Part shown: positions 28,974 to 38,566 of the stretch, one piece after another
How the letters are laid out: every line of letters starts with the position of its first letter
How positions within the stretch are numbered: the first letter of the stretch is position 1
Source of the DNA: a virus
Taxonomy: Duplodnaviria; Caudoviricetes
Reading direction: 5' to 3' (one strand)
IMG/VR virus record: IMGVR_UViG_3300042924_007750
Span: 1-59,755 of that record
DNA: 59,755 bases
The notes under the pieces: generated by a model
Database searches by the model: none
Told to the model about the DNA's origin: nothing
What the model saw: only the letters and a program-made list of their open reading frames with translations
Position numbers and translations under genes: made by a program

Positions 28974-31151
28974 ATGCCAATATTCAATAGTCAATCCATA
29001 GATATAGGTGGTGGTTACGAAGCAATTTCGAACCGAATTGCTGCTCTGCAAGCTTATAACGAAGCTAGACAACTTACTCAAGAAAGTGATAAAAAAAGAG
29101 GTGATAGCCTTGCCCAATCAGTAAGTCTTCTAGCTGGGCAAAAATCTTCAGTAGAGGCTAATCAAAGTAGGGACAAGAGAAATCAGCCAACAAGTTTTGA
29201 CAAACTTGTTAAATTAATTAATCAATCTAATCCTAATTCAAGATTTCCAAATACGGAAAAAGAAATTAGAAAAAATCTTCTACAACTTGTTTTTCAATTA
29301 AAAGCTGAGATTAATAAAATTGTAAAAGAAGAAACAATTAAAGTTTTGGGTTGTTCACAAGAACAAACTTATAAAGGACTTTCTGCAGCACAAGTTGCAG
29401 CAATTCCATCATTATCCCTTCTCCCAGAACAAGACGGAATATACATTAAGGTTGCAGAATTAGATTTTAACAAAAATTTGACCATAAGTGCTCAAACACA
29501 AATTGGTAGACTTTATTATGAAACAACGGGGATTACAACCCTTTCAAATTATGTAAATTATCCTGGAACCCCAGTAGGAGGTCCTAATGCAAAGAAAAAA
29601 CCATTTCCTATGAACTTTGAGTTGCATGAAAGATTAATCAATGGAACTCAGACTTTTAAAAACGAATATGGTGTTAATTACAATGGTAGAAGTAGACAAT
29701 CCGTTTTTGATATTGAATACACAACCACGGATGGTGTAGGTGCTTCTGGAGATTTTTTCAGAGTGTTTCTTCTCGATAGAGAAGGTTCACCAGTAAATAC
29801 GAACCCAACACAAGCCACATTACAATTTTCTGCAAACACAATTGTGTCTGCAATTGGCGACTACATTGATTCAATCGAGCTTTTCAATGCTAAAACATTC
29901 TTAGGAGTCTTACTCAATCAAGTAACTGGTCTATTAGCTAGTGGGCTATCAATTCAACAAATACAAGCCCAAAACCAATTTACCACAATTATTTTCAGAA
30001 TTATGGGAATTTGTGAACCAGGTTCATCAGAAATTGATGTGTCCGGAGTTGCTAAAATTTCTGAACTTGATAATCTTGACGACAACTTTTTTACCTTCAC
30101 TGAAACAGAATTAAATGACATCAATCAATTATCGGACAACCAAAAAAAAGGTGTAGTAACTTATGTTGCCTGTGACAACGTTGAGCTTCCAGTCAATAAT
30201 CAAATTTTATTGCAACAACTAGATGCGTTATCTAACACAATAGATGATTTGCCGATTGAGGACCAGGTAGCTGAAATAGAAAGAGTTTTAGATTCTATCC
30301 CCCAAGCTTGGGCGCAAGAAGGATTTGCCGGTTTGGATTTTGTAGGACGACCATTTAATGACGATATTATAAGACAAATACCCGCCGCTTTATTTTCAGG
30401 AATACTTACACCAAAGACACTTTTACCATTGTTTATTTTCTTTGAATATTTACAAAATCAAGTTGTTGGATTTAGCAATCAATTGATTGTTTCTGCCAAC
30501 ACAATCATTTCATCTGCAAACACTCTTATTAATTCCGCAAACACTTTGAATACGTTAGTATCAACGTCTATAACTAACGGTGTTGATTTTGCGAGGAAAT
30601 TCAGAAAATTTCTTTTTAATGTAATTGGAAGAATTATGAATAAGTTTCTCGAGCTACTTTTTATTATGCTTAAAAAAAATATCTTGAAACTACTTAGAGA
30701 AATTATACGAGATATTGCTCGAACAAGTAGAAACGCCAAGTTAAAAGCCATTAATGCTATTTTAAATTATGCCGAACCTCTTATTCAAGGGTTTTTAAAT
30801 TATCGAGAATGTAAATCATTAATTAAACAAATTCAAAGAATATTAGATTTAATTAGAGGAGAACCAAGGACCCCACCTTCACCATTGTCCACAGCTCTTC
30901 TTGTTCTCTCAGAATTTTTACCCGGTATGTCACCTGAGAGAGGGGTTCTTAATACTATAGAATATATGCAACAATATGGTCTTAAAACTGGTGCACTTCC
31001 AGATGGTAGTCCTAATCGAATGGTTGCCTTTACCACCGCAATGCAAAAGGGTGGTTATGACGAGTTTATTCAGAATGGTAAAGTAGAAGGTGCGGTATTT
31101 GTTCCTCCAATTACAGGGGGGGTATTAAAAGTGTGGGCTAAAGGAAAATGA
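28974..31151 (+). CDS. Hypothetical, probable structural (baseplate-region) protein
   Basis: 725-aa ORF co-oriented upstream of the gp5-like gene. Confidence 0.75.
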   Translation: MPIFNSQSIDIGGGYEAISNRIAALQAYNEARQLTQESDKKRGDSLAQSVSLLAGQKSSVEANQSRDKRNQPTSFDKLVKLINQSNPNSRFPNTEKEIRKNLLQLVFQLKAEINKIVKEETIKVLGCSQEQTYKGLSAAQVAAIPSLSLLPEQDGIYIKVAELDFNKNLTISAQTQIGRLYYETTGITTLSNYVNYPGTPVGGPNAKKKPFPMNFELHERLINGTQTFKNEYGVNYNGRSRQSVFDIEYTTTDGVGASGDFFRVFLLDREGSPVNTNPTQATLQFSANTIVSAIGDYIDSIELFNAKTFLGVLLNQVTGLLASGLSIQQIQAQNQFTTIIFRIMGICEPGSSEIDVSGVAKISELDNLDDNFFTFTETELNDINQLSDNQKKGVVTYVACDNVELPVNNQILLQQLDALSNTIDDLPIEDQVAEIERVLDSIPQAWAQEGFAGLDFVGRPFNDDIIRQIPAALFSGILTPKTLLPLFIFFEYLQNQVVGFSNQLIVSANTIISSANTLINSANTLNTLVSTSITNGVDFARKFRKFLFNVIGRIMNKFLELLFIMLKKNILKLLREIIRDIARTSRNAKLKAINAILNYAEPLIQGFLNYRECKSLIKQIQRILDLIRGEPRTPPSPLSTALLVLSEFLPGMSPERGVLNTIEYMQQYGLKTGALPDGSPNRMVAFTTAMQKGGYDEFIQNGKVEGAVFVPPITGGVLKVWAKGK

Positions 31152-31152
31152 T

Positions 31153-31362
31153 ATGACACAAGAAGAATTTAAAGTATTTGTTGAGGTAGCCAAAGATGCT
31201 AAAAATGTTCCGAATCAAAGGTTGGAACAAACTATGGATAAACTTGCTGAAGAGTTTGAAACCACCAAACAAAGTATTTTGGGGTTAAGCGTTTATTTAG
31301 ATAAAGTTGAAGAATTGTATAACTCAATATTAAAAGAATATCAGGATAGGAATGTCAAGTAG
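31153..31362 (+). CDS. Hypothetical protein
   Basis: ORF translationally coupled on both sides. Confidence 0.75.
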   Translation: MTQEEFKVFVEVAKDAKNVPNQRLEQTMDKLAEEFETTKQSILGLSVYLDKVEELYNSILKEYQDRNVK

Positions 31363-32851
31363 GATTTGGTTTTATGGTGTTGTTATAGATAATCAGGACC
31401 CTTTAAATTTGGGTCGTGTCAGAGTGCATATACTGACTGATGATATCACAGCAATCAAAAAAAGCTATGATGGTTTTGGTCCTGCAGATTATTGGACCGA
31501 GAAAGACCCATTTGTATTCAATTCAATGCTACCATTATATGTTTGGACGGTTCCGAAAGTTGATGAATTAGTACAAGTATATTACCACGAGCCAAACAAC
31601 ACCCAGTTCTTAAACCAATATTATATTCAGGGTCCGTTTAATAGAATCCAAAATATTGTTCAGGAAAACTACAACGAATCCCAAAAATATACGGACATAT
31701 CAGGGGTTCAGATTATAGGTTCCAAGAATTTAAGAAACCCTAATGGAACTTACAAAAATCCAGACCCAGATGGTGTATTCCCCGACCCAGGGGATGTTGC
31801 AATTTTAGGAAGAGGTAGCACGGATATTGTTCTCAAGGAAGATACCACATTAATCAGAGCTGGAAAATACAATGGGGAATTAGTTTCTGACAGAGACCCA
31901 GTCGGAAATAAAAACAGAGCTTTCATTCAATTAAGCAAATTCCGCACAAAAACTTCAATTGGGGAAAGGGTCAGACAAGCGGACCTCAAAGTTCAGAATC
32001 TTCAGGTAAATTATCTTGTTGAATACGAAATTACCAATCCCGAAAATACTTTTGATTTGTTCAGTGGAACTGTAAGATTATACAAATTACTACCCAACGC
32101 TGCAACAACATCACAAAACTTGAAGGTGGATTCTAATGTTGAGCAATACAAATTCATTCGAGCATCCCAAAGTTTCAACTTATTGAACCTGCAGCAAACG
32201 ATTGCCTATATCAACAACTTTATACAAGATTGTAATTCTGTAACCAAAACCAAAACTGGGACACTTTTATTTAACGTGTTAGATGAACGTTTTCCAATTT
32301 ACTTTAGACCTTCCAACAACTTTTACCAATCAATGCAGACTTCTACTGTAAATCAGGTCCGTTCTACTTTGACTAGTGTGTTTAGCAAAATTAAACTTAA
32401 TCCACCAGATAAAATTGGTGGATATGGTCTCATCTATCAACAAGGGCTTGTTGGGGACCCAATTAAGATAACACCCAAGAGTTTCAGAAAAATTGAAACC
32501 AACGCACTACCAGAAACATATATGGCTTTGGGCGGCCAACACTTATATCTGCTTTCACAGCTTTCCCAAATTCCGGGTAAAAACAAAATAAACTTCAGCA
32601 ATTCTTTATATGGAATTGACGAACAAACATTTGCTCTGCAGATTCAACCAAATACTTCAAGTTCCGTAAGGGGAGAAGAACTTTTAGAGTTACTTAATGT
32701 AATTGTAAGGTTCCTAGTTTCTCACACCCACGGTTTCCCAGGAGAAGCCCCCGTCCCAATCACAGAAGATGGTTCTAGCGTAGATAATCTTATTCAACAA
32801 CTTAATGAGGCATACAGTAAGGTATTAAATCAATATATTCGATTGAATTGA
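31352..32851 (+). CDS. gp5/VgrG-like baseplate central spike protein
   Basis: N-terminal OB fold GVVIDNQDPLNLGRVRV...VPKVDELV; C-terminal SHTH (HxH spike-tip motif). Confidence 0.75.
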   Translation: MSSRIWFYGVVIDNQDPLNLGRVRVHILTDDITAIKKSYDGFGPADYWTEKDPFVFNSMLPLYVWTVPKVDELVQVYYHEPNNTQFLNQYYIQGPFNRIQNIVQENYNESQKYTDISGVQIIGSKNLRNPNGTYKNPDPDGVFPDPGDVAILGRGSTDIVLKEDTTLIRAGKYNGELVSDRDPVGNKNRAFIQLSKFRTKTSIGERVRQADLKVQNLQVNYLVEYEITNPENTFDLFSGTVRLYKLLPNAATTSQNLKVDSNVEQYKFIRASQSFNLLNLQQTIAYINNFIQDCNSVTKTKTGTLLFNVLDERFPIYFRPSNNFYQSMQTSTVNQVRSTLTSVFSKIKLNPPDKIGGYGLIYQQGLVGDPIKITPKSFRKIETNALPETYMALGGQHLYLLSQLSQIPGKNKINFSNSLYGIDEQTFALQIQPNTSSSVRGEELLELLNVIVRFLVSHTHGFPGEAPVPITEDGSSVDNLIQQLNEAYSKVLNQYIRLN

Positions 32852-32858
32852 TATTTAT
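32852..32858 (+). promoter_or_regulatory. TATTTAT motif (putative late promoter)
   Basis: Intergenic, 14 nt before ATG 32873. Confidence 0.65.
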
Positions 32859-32872
32859 TAAAAAAAAGTATA

Positions 32873-34387
32873 ATGTCAATTTACAGGTCGTATTTTAGTA
32901 GAAACAATACACTCCTTTCCAATTTATACACAAACACCGCTAGAAACCCAGTGGTCGAGCTTAATTTTGGTAGCTCAGACCTAATCACCCCCAATTTTGG
33001 ATTCACTCGTTTTATTTTTGACTTAGACCTTGATGGTCTTAGACAAATGTATTTAGACAAATACATCTCAACAGGATGTACCACAGCCATCACCCATACC
33101 CTTTTGATGACAAACACATCATCATTTGACGACGACCTTATCAATACCAATATGAATAATGGGAGAAAGAGAGCAACATCTTTTGACCTTATACTTTTCA
33201 GAATACCAAAATTCTCAGGCACAACCGGAATCCCCCAAGCTTGGGATGAAGGTGTTGGATACGATTACAATGATTTTGGGACCACCGTCAATGGAGTCTC
33301 AGGTTCACAAACAGCAATTGAGCAATACAACAACAAAAGCTTCTCTCTAAGGCCATCAAACTGGTATCAGACAACAACTGTTGCAAACTGGTCTCAACCT
33401 GGCATATACGACAACAAAAACACCTTAACGGGGCTAACTGGATTGAACTACTCATCCATAACAATTGTCGATGAACAACATTTTGAACTTGGGAACGAAG
33501 ATATTCAGTTTGACATGACAAATGAAATTACTGGAATCCTAAACGGAACAATCACAGGTGTAACAGGATGGGGTGTTGCTTACAAACCAGACATTGAAAA
33601 CCTAAGTGGTTTAACCGATGCCTACTCTGTTGGTTTCTTTGGAAAATATACCCAAACATTCTACCAGCCATATCTTCTTACCGATTATAATGACTTAATC
33701 CAAGATGACAGAAACGTATTCCTAAAAAACCAAACTAACAAACTGTACCTTTACGTTTACCAGAATGGAGACTTTGTCAATCTAGATAATCTACCTGGGG
33801 TAAACATCGAAGACCAAAATGGTGATGTTGTTCCTGGTGGTTCAGGATTAACAACCTGTCTGGCTACAAGGGGGGTTTATGAAGTTACCGTGCCAAATAT
33901 TTTTACAAATCAGCCCGTACCTTGTTTATTCTACGACGTTTGGACAGGACTTACAGTCAATGGACAGTCCCTACCAAATGTTACAAACCAATTTGTTTTG
34001 CAGAACTACTCTGCCGGAATACAAATCGGTAGCTTATCTAAAGAGCCAAGTAAATATGGATTTAGTTTCTACGGCATCTTACAAAACGAAAAGATTCTTA
34101 ACACGGAAGTTCGTAAAGTGGGGGTTGTGGTTAAAAAAGAATGGTCTTCTCAAGTATTGCTTGAGAATATTGATGTGTATTATAGAGTATACGTCACTGA
34201 AGGTACAACAGAAGTTCAAGTACAAAACTGGACACCAGTTAATCGCACACCGAATGAATATTATTTCATGTTTGACATGAGAGACAAGATTCCTAATGAA
34301 TACTATGTTGATATCAAGGTGAATACAAGCGGAGAAAAAGATATTTATAAAGACACATTAAGATTCCAAATCGTCAACAAAAAATGA
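32873..34387 (+). CDS. Putative virion structural protein (beta-rich)
   Basis: 504-aa T/G/N-rich ORF with a WDEG.G motif, downstream of a TATTTAT motif. Confidence 0.7.
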   Translation: MSIYRSYFSRNNTLLSNLYTNTARNPVVELNFGSSDLITPNFGFTRFIFDLDLDGLRQMYLDKYISTGCTTAITHTLLMTNTSSFDDDLINTNMNNGRKRATSFDLILFRIPKFSGTTGIPQAWDEGVGYDYNDFGTTVNGVSGSQTAIEQYNNKSFSLRPSNWYQTTTVANWSQPGIYDNKNTLTGLTGLNYSSITIVDEQHFELGNEDIQFDMTNEITGILNGTITGVTGWGVAYKPDIENLSGLTDAYSVGFFGKYTQTFYQPYLLTDYNDLIQDDRNVFLKNQTNKLYLYVYQNGDFVNLDNLPGVNIEDQNGDVVPGGSGLTTCLATRGVYEVTVPNIFTNQPVPCLFYDVWTGLTVNGQSLPNVTNQFVLQNYSAGIQIGSLSKEPSKYGFSFYGILQNEKILNTEVRKVGVVVKKEWSSQVLLENIDVYYRVYVTEGTTEVQVQNWTPVNRTPNEYYFMFDMRDKIPNEYYVDIKVNTSGEKDIYKDTLRFQIVNKK

Positions 34388-34866
34388 AAAAAGTAATAAA
34401 ACTTTCGGAAACAGATTTAAAAAACATCATTCGTGTAGCTTTGAAAGAAGCAGAGCATGAACATAATCGTTACATGTTCTTCAGTAATCTGGAGCAAATG
34501 AAAAGACAAGCTGAATTACTTTTAGATTTAGACCCAGACCAAATTCATTCAATTCTTGAAAATGGACATGACTGGGCTGATGACCACATTACCGTTGCTA
34601 AAGAAAATCTTGACCAAGTATTTGATTTCATGATGAATGAAATTAACGGTGAAGATGATGAAGACATGATAATGATGGATGATATTGCTGTAATGGAAGG
34701 TAGAAAGAAAACCGGAACGAAACTTTGTGCTAGAGGTAAAGCCGCTGCTAAAGCAAAGTTTGACGTGTACCCTTCTGCTTATGCGAACGGTTATGCTGTG
34801 CAAGTTTGTAAGGGAACAAAACCTGGCCTTGACGGAAAAAAAAGATGTTCGGGGGTATATTGCTAA
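34384..34866 (+). CDS. Leader-family protein (MKKVIKLSETDL) with basic KFDVYPSAYA domain
   Basis: Shared N-terminal leader; C-terminal CARGKAAAKAKFDVYPSAYANG..C. Confidence 0.8.
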   Translation: MKKVIKLSETDLKNIIRVALKEAEHEHNRYMFFSNLEQMKRQAELLLDLDPDQIHSILENGHDWADDHITVAKENLDQVFDFMMNEINGEDDEDMIMMDDIAVMEGRKKTGTKLCARGKAAAKAKFDVYPSAYANGYAVQVCKGTKPGLDGKKRCSGVYC

Positions 34867-34890
34867 ATTAAAAAATTTGTCTTACCTTTG
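34860..34890 (+). promoter_or_regulatory. Bacteroidota sigma70-type promoter
   Basis: TTG (34860-62), N20, TACCTTTG (34883-90), upstream of ATG 34909. Confidence 0.65.
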
Positions 34891-34908
34891 TCGTCTAAGA
34901 TTAAGGTA

Positions 34909-35313
34909 ATGAAAAAACTAAACCACACTTTTCGTCGTTTCGTTCAGAAACAGATGATACACCTTTTTCGGTACGTAAGCACCGAACAAGAAAAGTCCGT
35001 CTATGAACGAGACTGTATTGCAGTTTGTAAGAAGTTTATCAATCAGCCAGATTCGATTATGCTTCTAACACCTATTAGCGGAAAACGTTATATTAGAAGT
35101 GAAAAGAGTGAAATCTTTATCATTCTTGAATCGCATCGAGTAAAGATTATCAATCACGTATACGCCTATGATGTACACATAAATGATAAATCGTGGAATC
35201 AAATCATCTCGTTATTTGACAACGAAGTTGAAAAACGTAGAGAAGAGTTTGAATCACAAATTACTTCCAACATTAAATCCTCACTTCAAAAAATCATTAA
35301 AGAAAAGTTATGA
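34909..35313 (+). CDS. Hypothetical protein
   Basis: ORF; ATG 34909 lies downstream of a host-type promoter. Confidence 0.75.
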   Translation: MKKLNHTFRRFVQKQMIHLFRYVSTEQEKSVYERDCIAVCKKFINQPDSIMLLTPISGKRYIRSEKSEIFIILESHRVKIINHVYAYDVHINDKSWNQIISLFDNEVEKRREEFESQITSNIKSSLQKIIKEKL

Positions 35314-35648
35314 AAAACACTTTCAATATTCTCTATTATACCGGAATCAGTATCATGATGGTCTTTGTGTTGATAATTAGTTTGTTTGCAATGAACATAC
35401 AAAATATTCTAGTAACTTTTACAAAAGATAAGCCACAAGTAGACACATATGTTAAGGATAGTTCTGCTTTCGTAATACAACCCAAAAAAGAAGATAAAAT
35501 CTCTGTTCCAGTAACAAAACCAGTTGTAAAGGAAACTAAAAAAATTCAAACAATAATTGAAGTAGTATCTGTTAAACCTACAAATTTGGACACAACAAAC
35601 TTGCCAACCCAAACTAATCCACCCGATACTACGAAACCGACTCCCTGA
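35310..35648 (+). CDS. Small membrane-anchored protein
   Basis: N-terminal hydrophobic helix (ILYYTGISIMMVFVLIISLFAM) and P/T/K-rich tail. Confidence 0.7.
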   Translation: MKNTFNILYYTGISIMMVFVLIISLFAMNIQNILVTFTKDKPQVDTYVKDSSAFVIQPKKEDKISVPVTKPVVKETKKIQTIIEVVSVKPTNLDTTNLPTQTNPPDTTKPTP

Positions 35649-36252
35649 GAACTTTCGAGATTAAATCTCGTAATCCTTCATTTTTCTTTTTTGGCTTATA
35701 AGATACCATGGTAGGTTTGTTCCCCTTACCTACCTTGGGATTCTTTTTTTCGGCAGCCCTTTTCTGAGCACAAGCAGATTTTTTTTGAGCATCTGTCATT
35801 TTAGCAGCAACACCTGCTGCTCTACATTTTGGGTATGCTTTTGATTCTCCTTCGGGTCTTCCACAAGGTGGATGTCCACCACCTTCTTTTTTCCTACATA
35901 TGTTTACCCATGGCCCCTTTGGTTGATTACTTCCTTTAGGTTTTTTCTTAGTTCCAAACCAAACCGCTAAATCTTCTTTTAAAATATCATCTTTAAAAAT
36001 TTTTTTTCTCATTTTTTGAACTTTAACCATATTGGTTTTAGTTTTTTTTTCGTCTCGTGAAATTTCACTTTTTTCTTTTTTTACATTACCATCATATGAA
36101 TCGAAGGCTGTACCATTATTAAAGTAATTAGAAATTTTTACAATAAATGGTTGCAATTGTTTATCACTCCAAACTTGAGGTGTAATATTCAATTTTCCTT
36201 TGTAAGCTCCATCACTAGAAGATGTTGTTCCCTCGTTGATTTTCTGGTTCAT
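35629..36252 (-). CDS. Basic hypothetical protein (DUF5872-like LxxWF...CGR...YPKC domain)
   Basis: EDLAVWF...PWVNIC...PCGR...YPKCR; preceded by TATTTAT at 36267-36273. Confidence 0.75.
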   Translation of the reverse strand: MNQKINEGTTSSSDGAYKGKLNITPQVWSDKQLQPFIVKISNYFNNGTAFDSYDGNVKKEKSEISRDEKKTKTNMVKVQKMRKKIFKDDILKEDLAVWFGTKKKPKGSNQPKGPWVNICRKKEGGGHPPCGRPEGESKAYPKCRAAGVAAKMTDAQKKSACAQKRAAEKKNPKVGKGNKPTMVSYKPKKKNEGLRDLISKVLRESVS

Positions 36253-36284
36253 GAGACTATTATTCTATAAATATCACATTAATT

Positions 36285-36497
36285 ATGCAAGAGTTTGTAC
36301 CCTTTCCCCTTTTTGATAGAATCAATATTCAAAGTTCTGAGGATTTTGAAAAGTTAATCGATGAGCTAAATGTTGGCCAAGCAAACTTTATAATTCAAGT
36401 TGCTTTGGAAAAAGCATATAGTTCTGGAATATTTACTTTGAGTGAATCTGAAATTTTGTCTAAAGCTCTCAGATTAAAAAATAATAAGGAGGAATAA
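36285..36497 (+). CDS. Hypothetical protein
   Basis: 70-aa ORF with ATG filling an intergenic gap. Confidence 0.7.
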   Translation: MQEFVPFPLFDRINIQSSEDFEKLIDELNVGQANFIIQVALEKAYSSGIFTLSESEILSKALRLKNNKEE

Positions 36498-36510
36498 ATC
36501 AATTTTAAGC

Positions 36511-36696
36511 ATGAGTCCGGAAGAAATAAGTAAAAGGATTGTTGAAGGAGAATATAATCTAACACAAGTCGTAAGAAACGGCCACAAGCCATATTACGGA
36601 GATGAATACGAAACAATAAGGACAGAGGTGGGTGTTTTACGATGTTTATATTTTGGAAATGAATCAAAATATTGTAATCCAAGATATAAGAAATAA
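36511..36696 (+). CDS. Hypothetical protein
   Basis: 61-aa ORF ending at a terminator. Confidence 0.65.
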   Translation: MSPEEISKRIVEGEYNLTQVVRNGHKPYYGDEYETIRTEVGVLRCLYFGNESKYCNPRYKK

Positions 36697-36726
36697 AAAA
36701 AGGGGACCGAAGTCCCCTTTCTTTTT
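36695..36726. terminator. Bidirectional intrinsic terminator after the major capsid gene
   Basis: Minus strand reads GGGGAC-TTCG-GTCCCC followed by a T run; there is also a T tract on the plus side. Confidence 0.9.
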
Positions 36727-36739
36727 GTAGTTTGAGATA

Positions 36740-38533
36740 TTATCTCAATTCTCTCAAGTCGAACGTTCTAACACCATCAACTGTGATACGACCGTAGAAA
36801 CGGTTGTTTACAACCTTCTTAGCGTATCTAGTCATGATACCCTTGATAGGTGTAAAGTTGAATGGGTTATACATCGTAGGAGTGAGCTGTAAAGGTACGT
36901 ATGGAGCGTAGATGTATCCAGTGTCAAGTAACGAAGTACCTTTGTGTCCTAACAACACCTGGTTTGCAGGGAAGTAAGGGTCACGGTAAACTTGATATCT
37001 ACCAGCCAAAGTACCAACTCTTTCGATACCCATGTTGTATTGGTCTTGCTCAGGAGCTGCGTTTGATACGTGGAAGTACTCCAAGTCATCAAAGATTGCA
37101 GAAACCTCAGAAGATACAACAATCCAGTTTGCGCCACCTCTTAGAGTTGACTTGTGGATTTGTGCAGAGATTTGGTTGATTGCAGTGATAAGAGTCTGGT
37201 TCCAGTCCTTTTGAGTGTAAGGAGTTGTACCAGCAGAGAATCTCTTCCATCCGTTGTAGTCCCAACGAAGGTTCCAAGATGCAGCTTTTCTCAAGTCTCT
37301 TAAGATTTCGCGGTCGATTTCAGCAGCCACTTGCTCAGACAATAAAGCTGTCAATTCAGCTTCAGCGTCGATGTTGTGGAATGCTGCAACGTCTTGCGCC
37401 ATTTCTGGAGACCATTGAGCTCTAAGTTTTCTTTCAGTAACCGAAACAGTCACAGACTGAAGGTCGAAAGAAACTTCACCAATTTTATCTTCGAATTCAA
37501 GATTCTTATAGATTCTGTAAGTTGCAGTGAATGCCTGACTGTTAGCAGTTGTTGAAGAGAATGTAGAACCTGTGTAGCCGTCAAGTGATGAATCACCACA
37601 AGAAATACATACAGGAACTTGCAAATCAACTTCAAGATAGATTTTACCTTCAGCATCACAAACATTGTAGTAAGTACCACCATCAGTCAAACTGTTAGGG
37701 AATACCAACGTAGTGTCTTGACCGTAGTCAACGATACCTTTACCGTATCTTTGTGTAACAACTCTAAACAAGTAATTGTTATTTACGTTAGCAGATGTGT
37801 AAACGTTTCCAGCAGCACCACGGATTTGAAGGTCAGTCAAGAATTCTTCAGTATCCATTGGTTGACCGTTAGGTCCGATAAGTTGACCAGCTCCAGCAGA
37901 AGCAAAGCCAGACATCATGATAAGAACTTTTCTGTAGTTATCCACACCGTAAGCTGAAACAACCAATTCAGAACCTACCCATGCAACAGTTCTAGTTCCA
38001 GCAGTAATTGCTGAGAAAGAACCTTTAGAGTAGTCATAAAGACCTGGAGGGTCCAAAGCTGGTTCGTTACCTTCGTAGAATCTATCGTAAAGGTCTTTTT
38101 GAGTGTTATAGTCATAACCACTGTTTGGAACTTGACCTTCTGCTGCGTTTGGTGCTCCGTAAGGTGCCCAGTGCTCGTTATCATTTGCTCCAGTGTAAGA
38201 CTGAATGTTAGGTACGAAGTAGAACAACTTACCGATAGGAAGGTTCATTGCTTGTACAGAAACGATGTCGTTAGCCAAAAGCTTAGAGAAAACTCTACGT
38301 ACGATTGGGAAAACAACAGTTTCGAATGAACCTGAGTCAGCTGTTGATGATGCTTCGTTAATCAAATATGACGCTTGGTTTTCATACAACTGCGCGATAT
38401 TTTCTTTAAGGTGACCGTTAAGTCCTTCGAGGAAACCTAACTTGTCCCATTTGTTAATTGTATCTTCTTTGATAACTTTAAGGTGCTTAAGACCGATGTT
38501 ACCAACAAGACCACTTTCTAATAATGCTCCCAT
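36740..38533 (-). CDS. gp23: Major capsid protein (T4 gp23-like)
   Basis: VFPIVRRV...DIVSVQAM..P.G.LF, RKLRAQWSPEMAQD, AEIDREI, YAPYVPL, GIMTRY. Confidence 0.96.
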   Translation of the reverse strand: MGALLESGLVGNIGLKHLKVIKEDTINKWDKLGFLEGLNGHLKENIAQLYENQASYLINEASSTADSGSFETVVFPIVRRVFSKLLANDIVSVQAMNLPIGKLFYFVPNIQSYTGANDNEHWAPYGAPNAAEGQVPNSGYDYNTQKDLYDRFYEGNEPALDPPGLYDYSKGSFSAITAGTRTVAWVGSELVVSAYGVDNYRKVLIMMSGFASAGAGQLIGPNGQPMDTEEFLTDLQIRGAAGNVYTSANVNNNYLFRVVTQRYGKGIVDYGQDTTLVFPNSLTDGGTYYNVCDAEGKIYLEVDLQVPVCISCGDSSLDGYTGSTFSSTTANSQAFTATYRIYKNLEFEDKIGEVSFDLQSVTVSVTERKLRAQWSPEMAQDVAAFHNIDAEAELTALLSEQVAAEIDREILRDLRKAASWNLRWDYNGWKRFSAGTTPYTQKDWNQTLITAINQISAQIHKSTLRGGANWIVVSSEVSAIFDDLEYFHVSNAAPEQDQYNMGIERVGTLAGRYQVYRDPYFPANQVLLGHKGTSLLDTGYIYAPYVPLQLTPTMYNPFNFTPIKGIMTRYAKKVVNNRFYGRITVDGVRTFDLRELR

Positions 38534-38566
38534 TTTTGTTTTTTTTTATTTAGGATTTTTATTTTT

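Noticed and set aside
36266-36273. TATAAATA on the plus strand as a T4-type late promoter for the 36285 gene (same ambiguity at 59310)
   Set aside because: At non-divergent loci the motif is consistently oriented as TATTTAT on the coding strand, so these sites are better assigned to the minus-strand genes.
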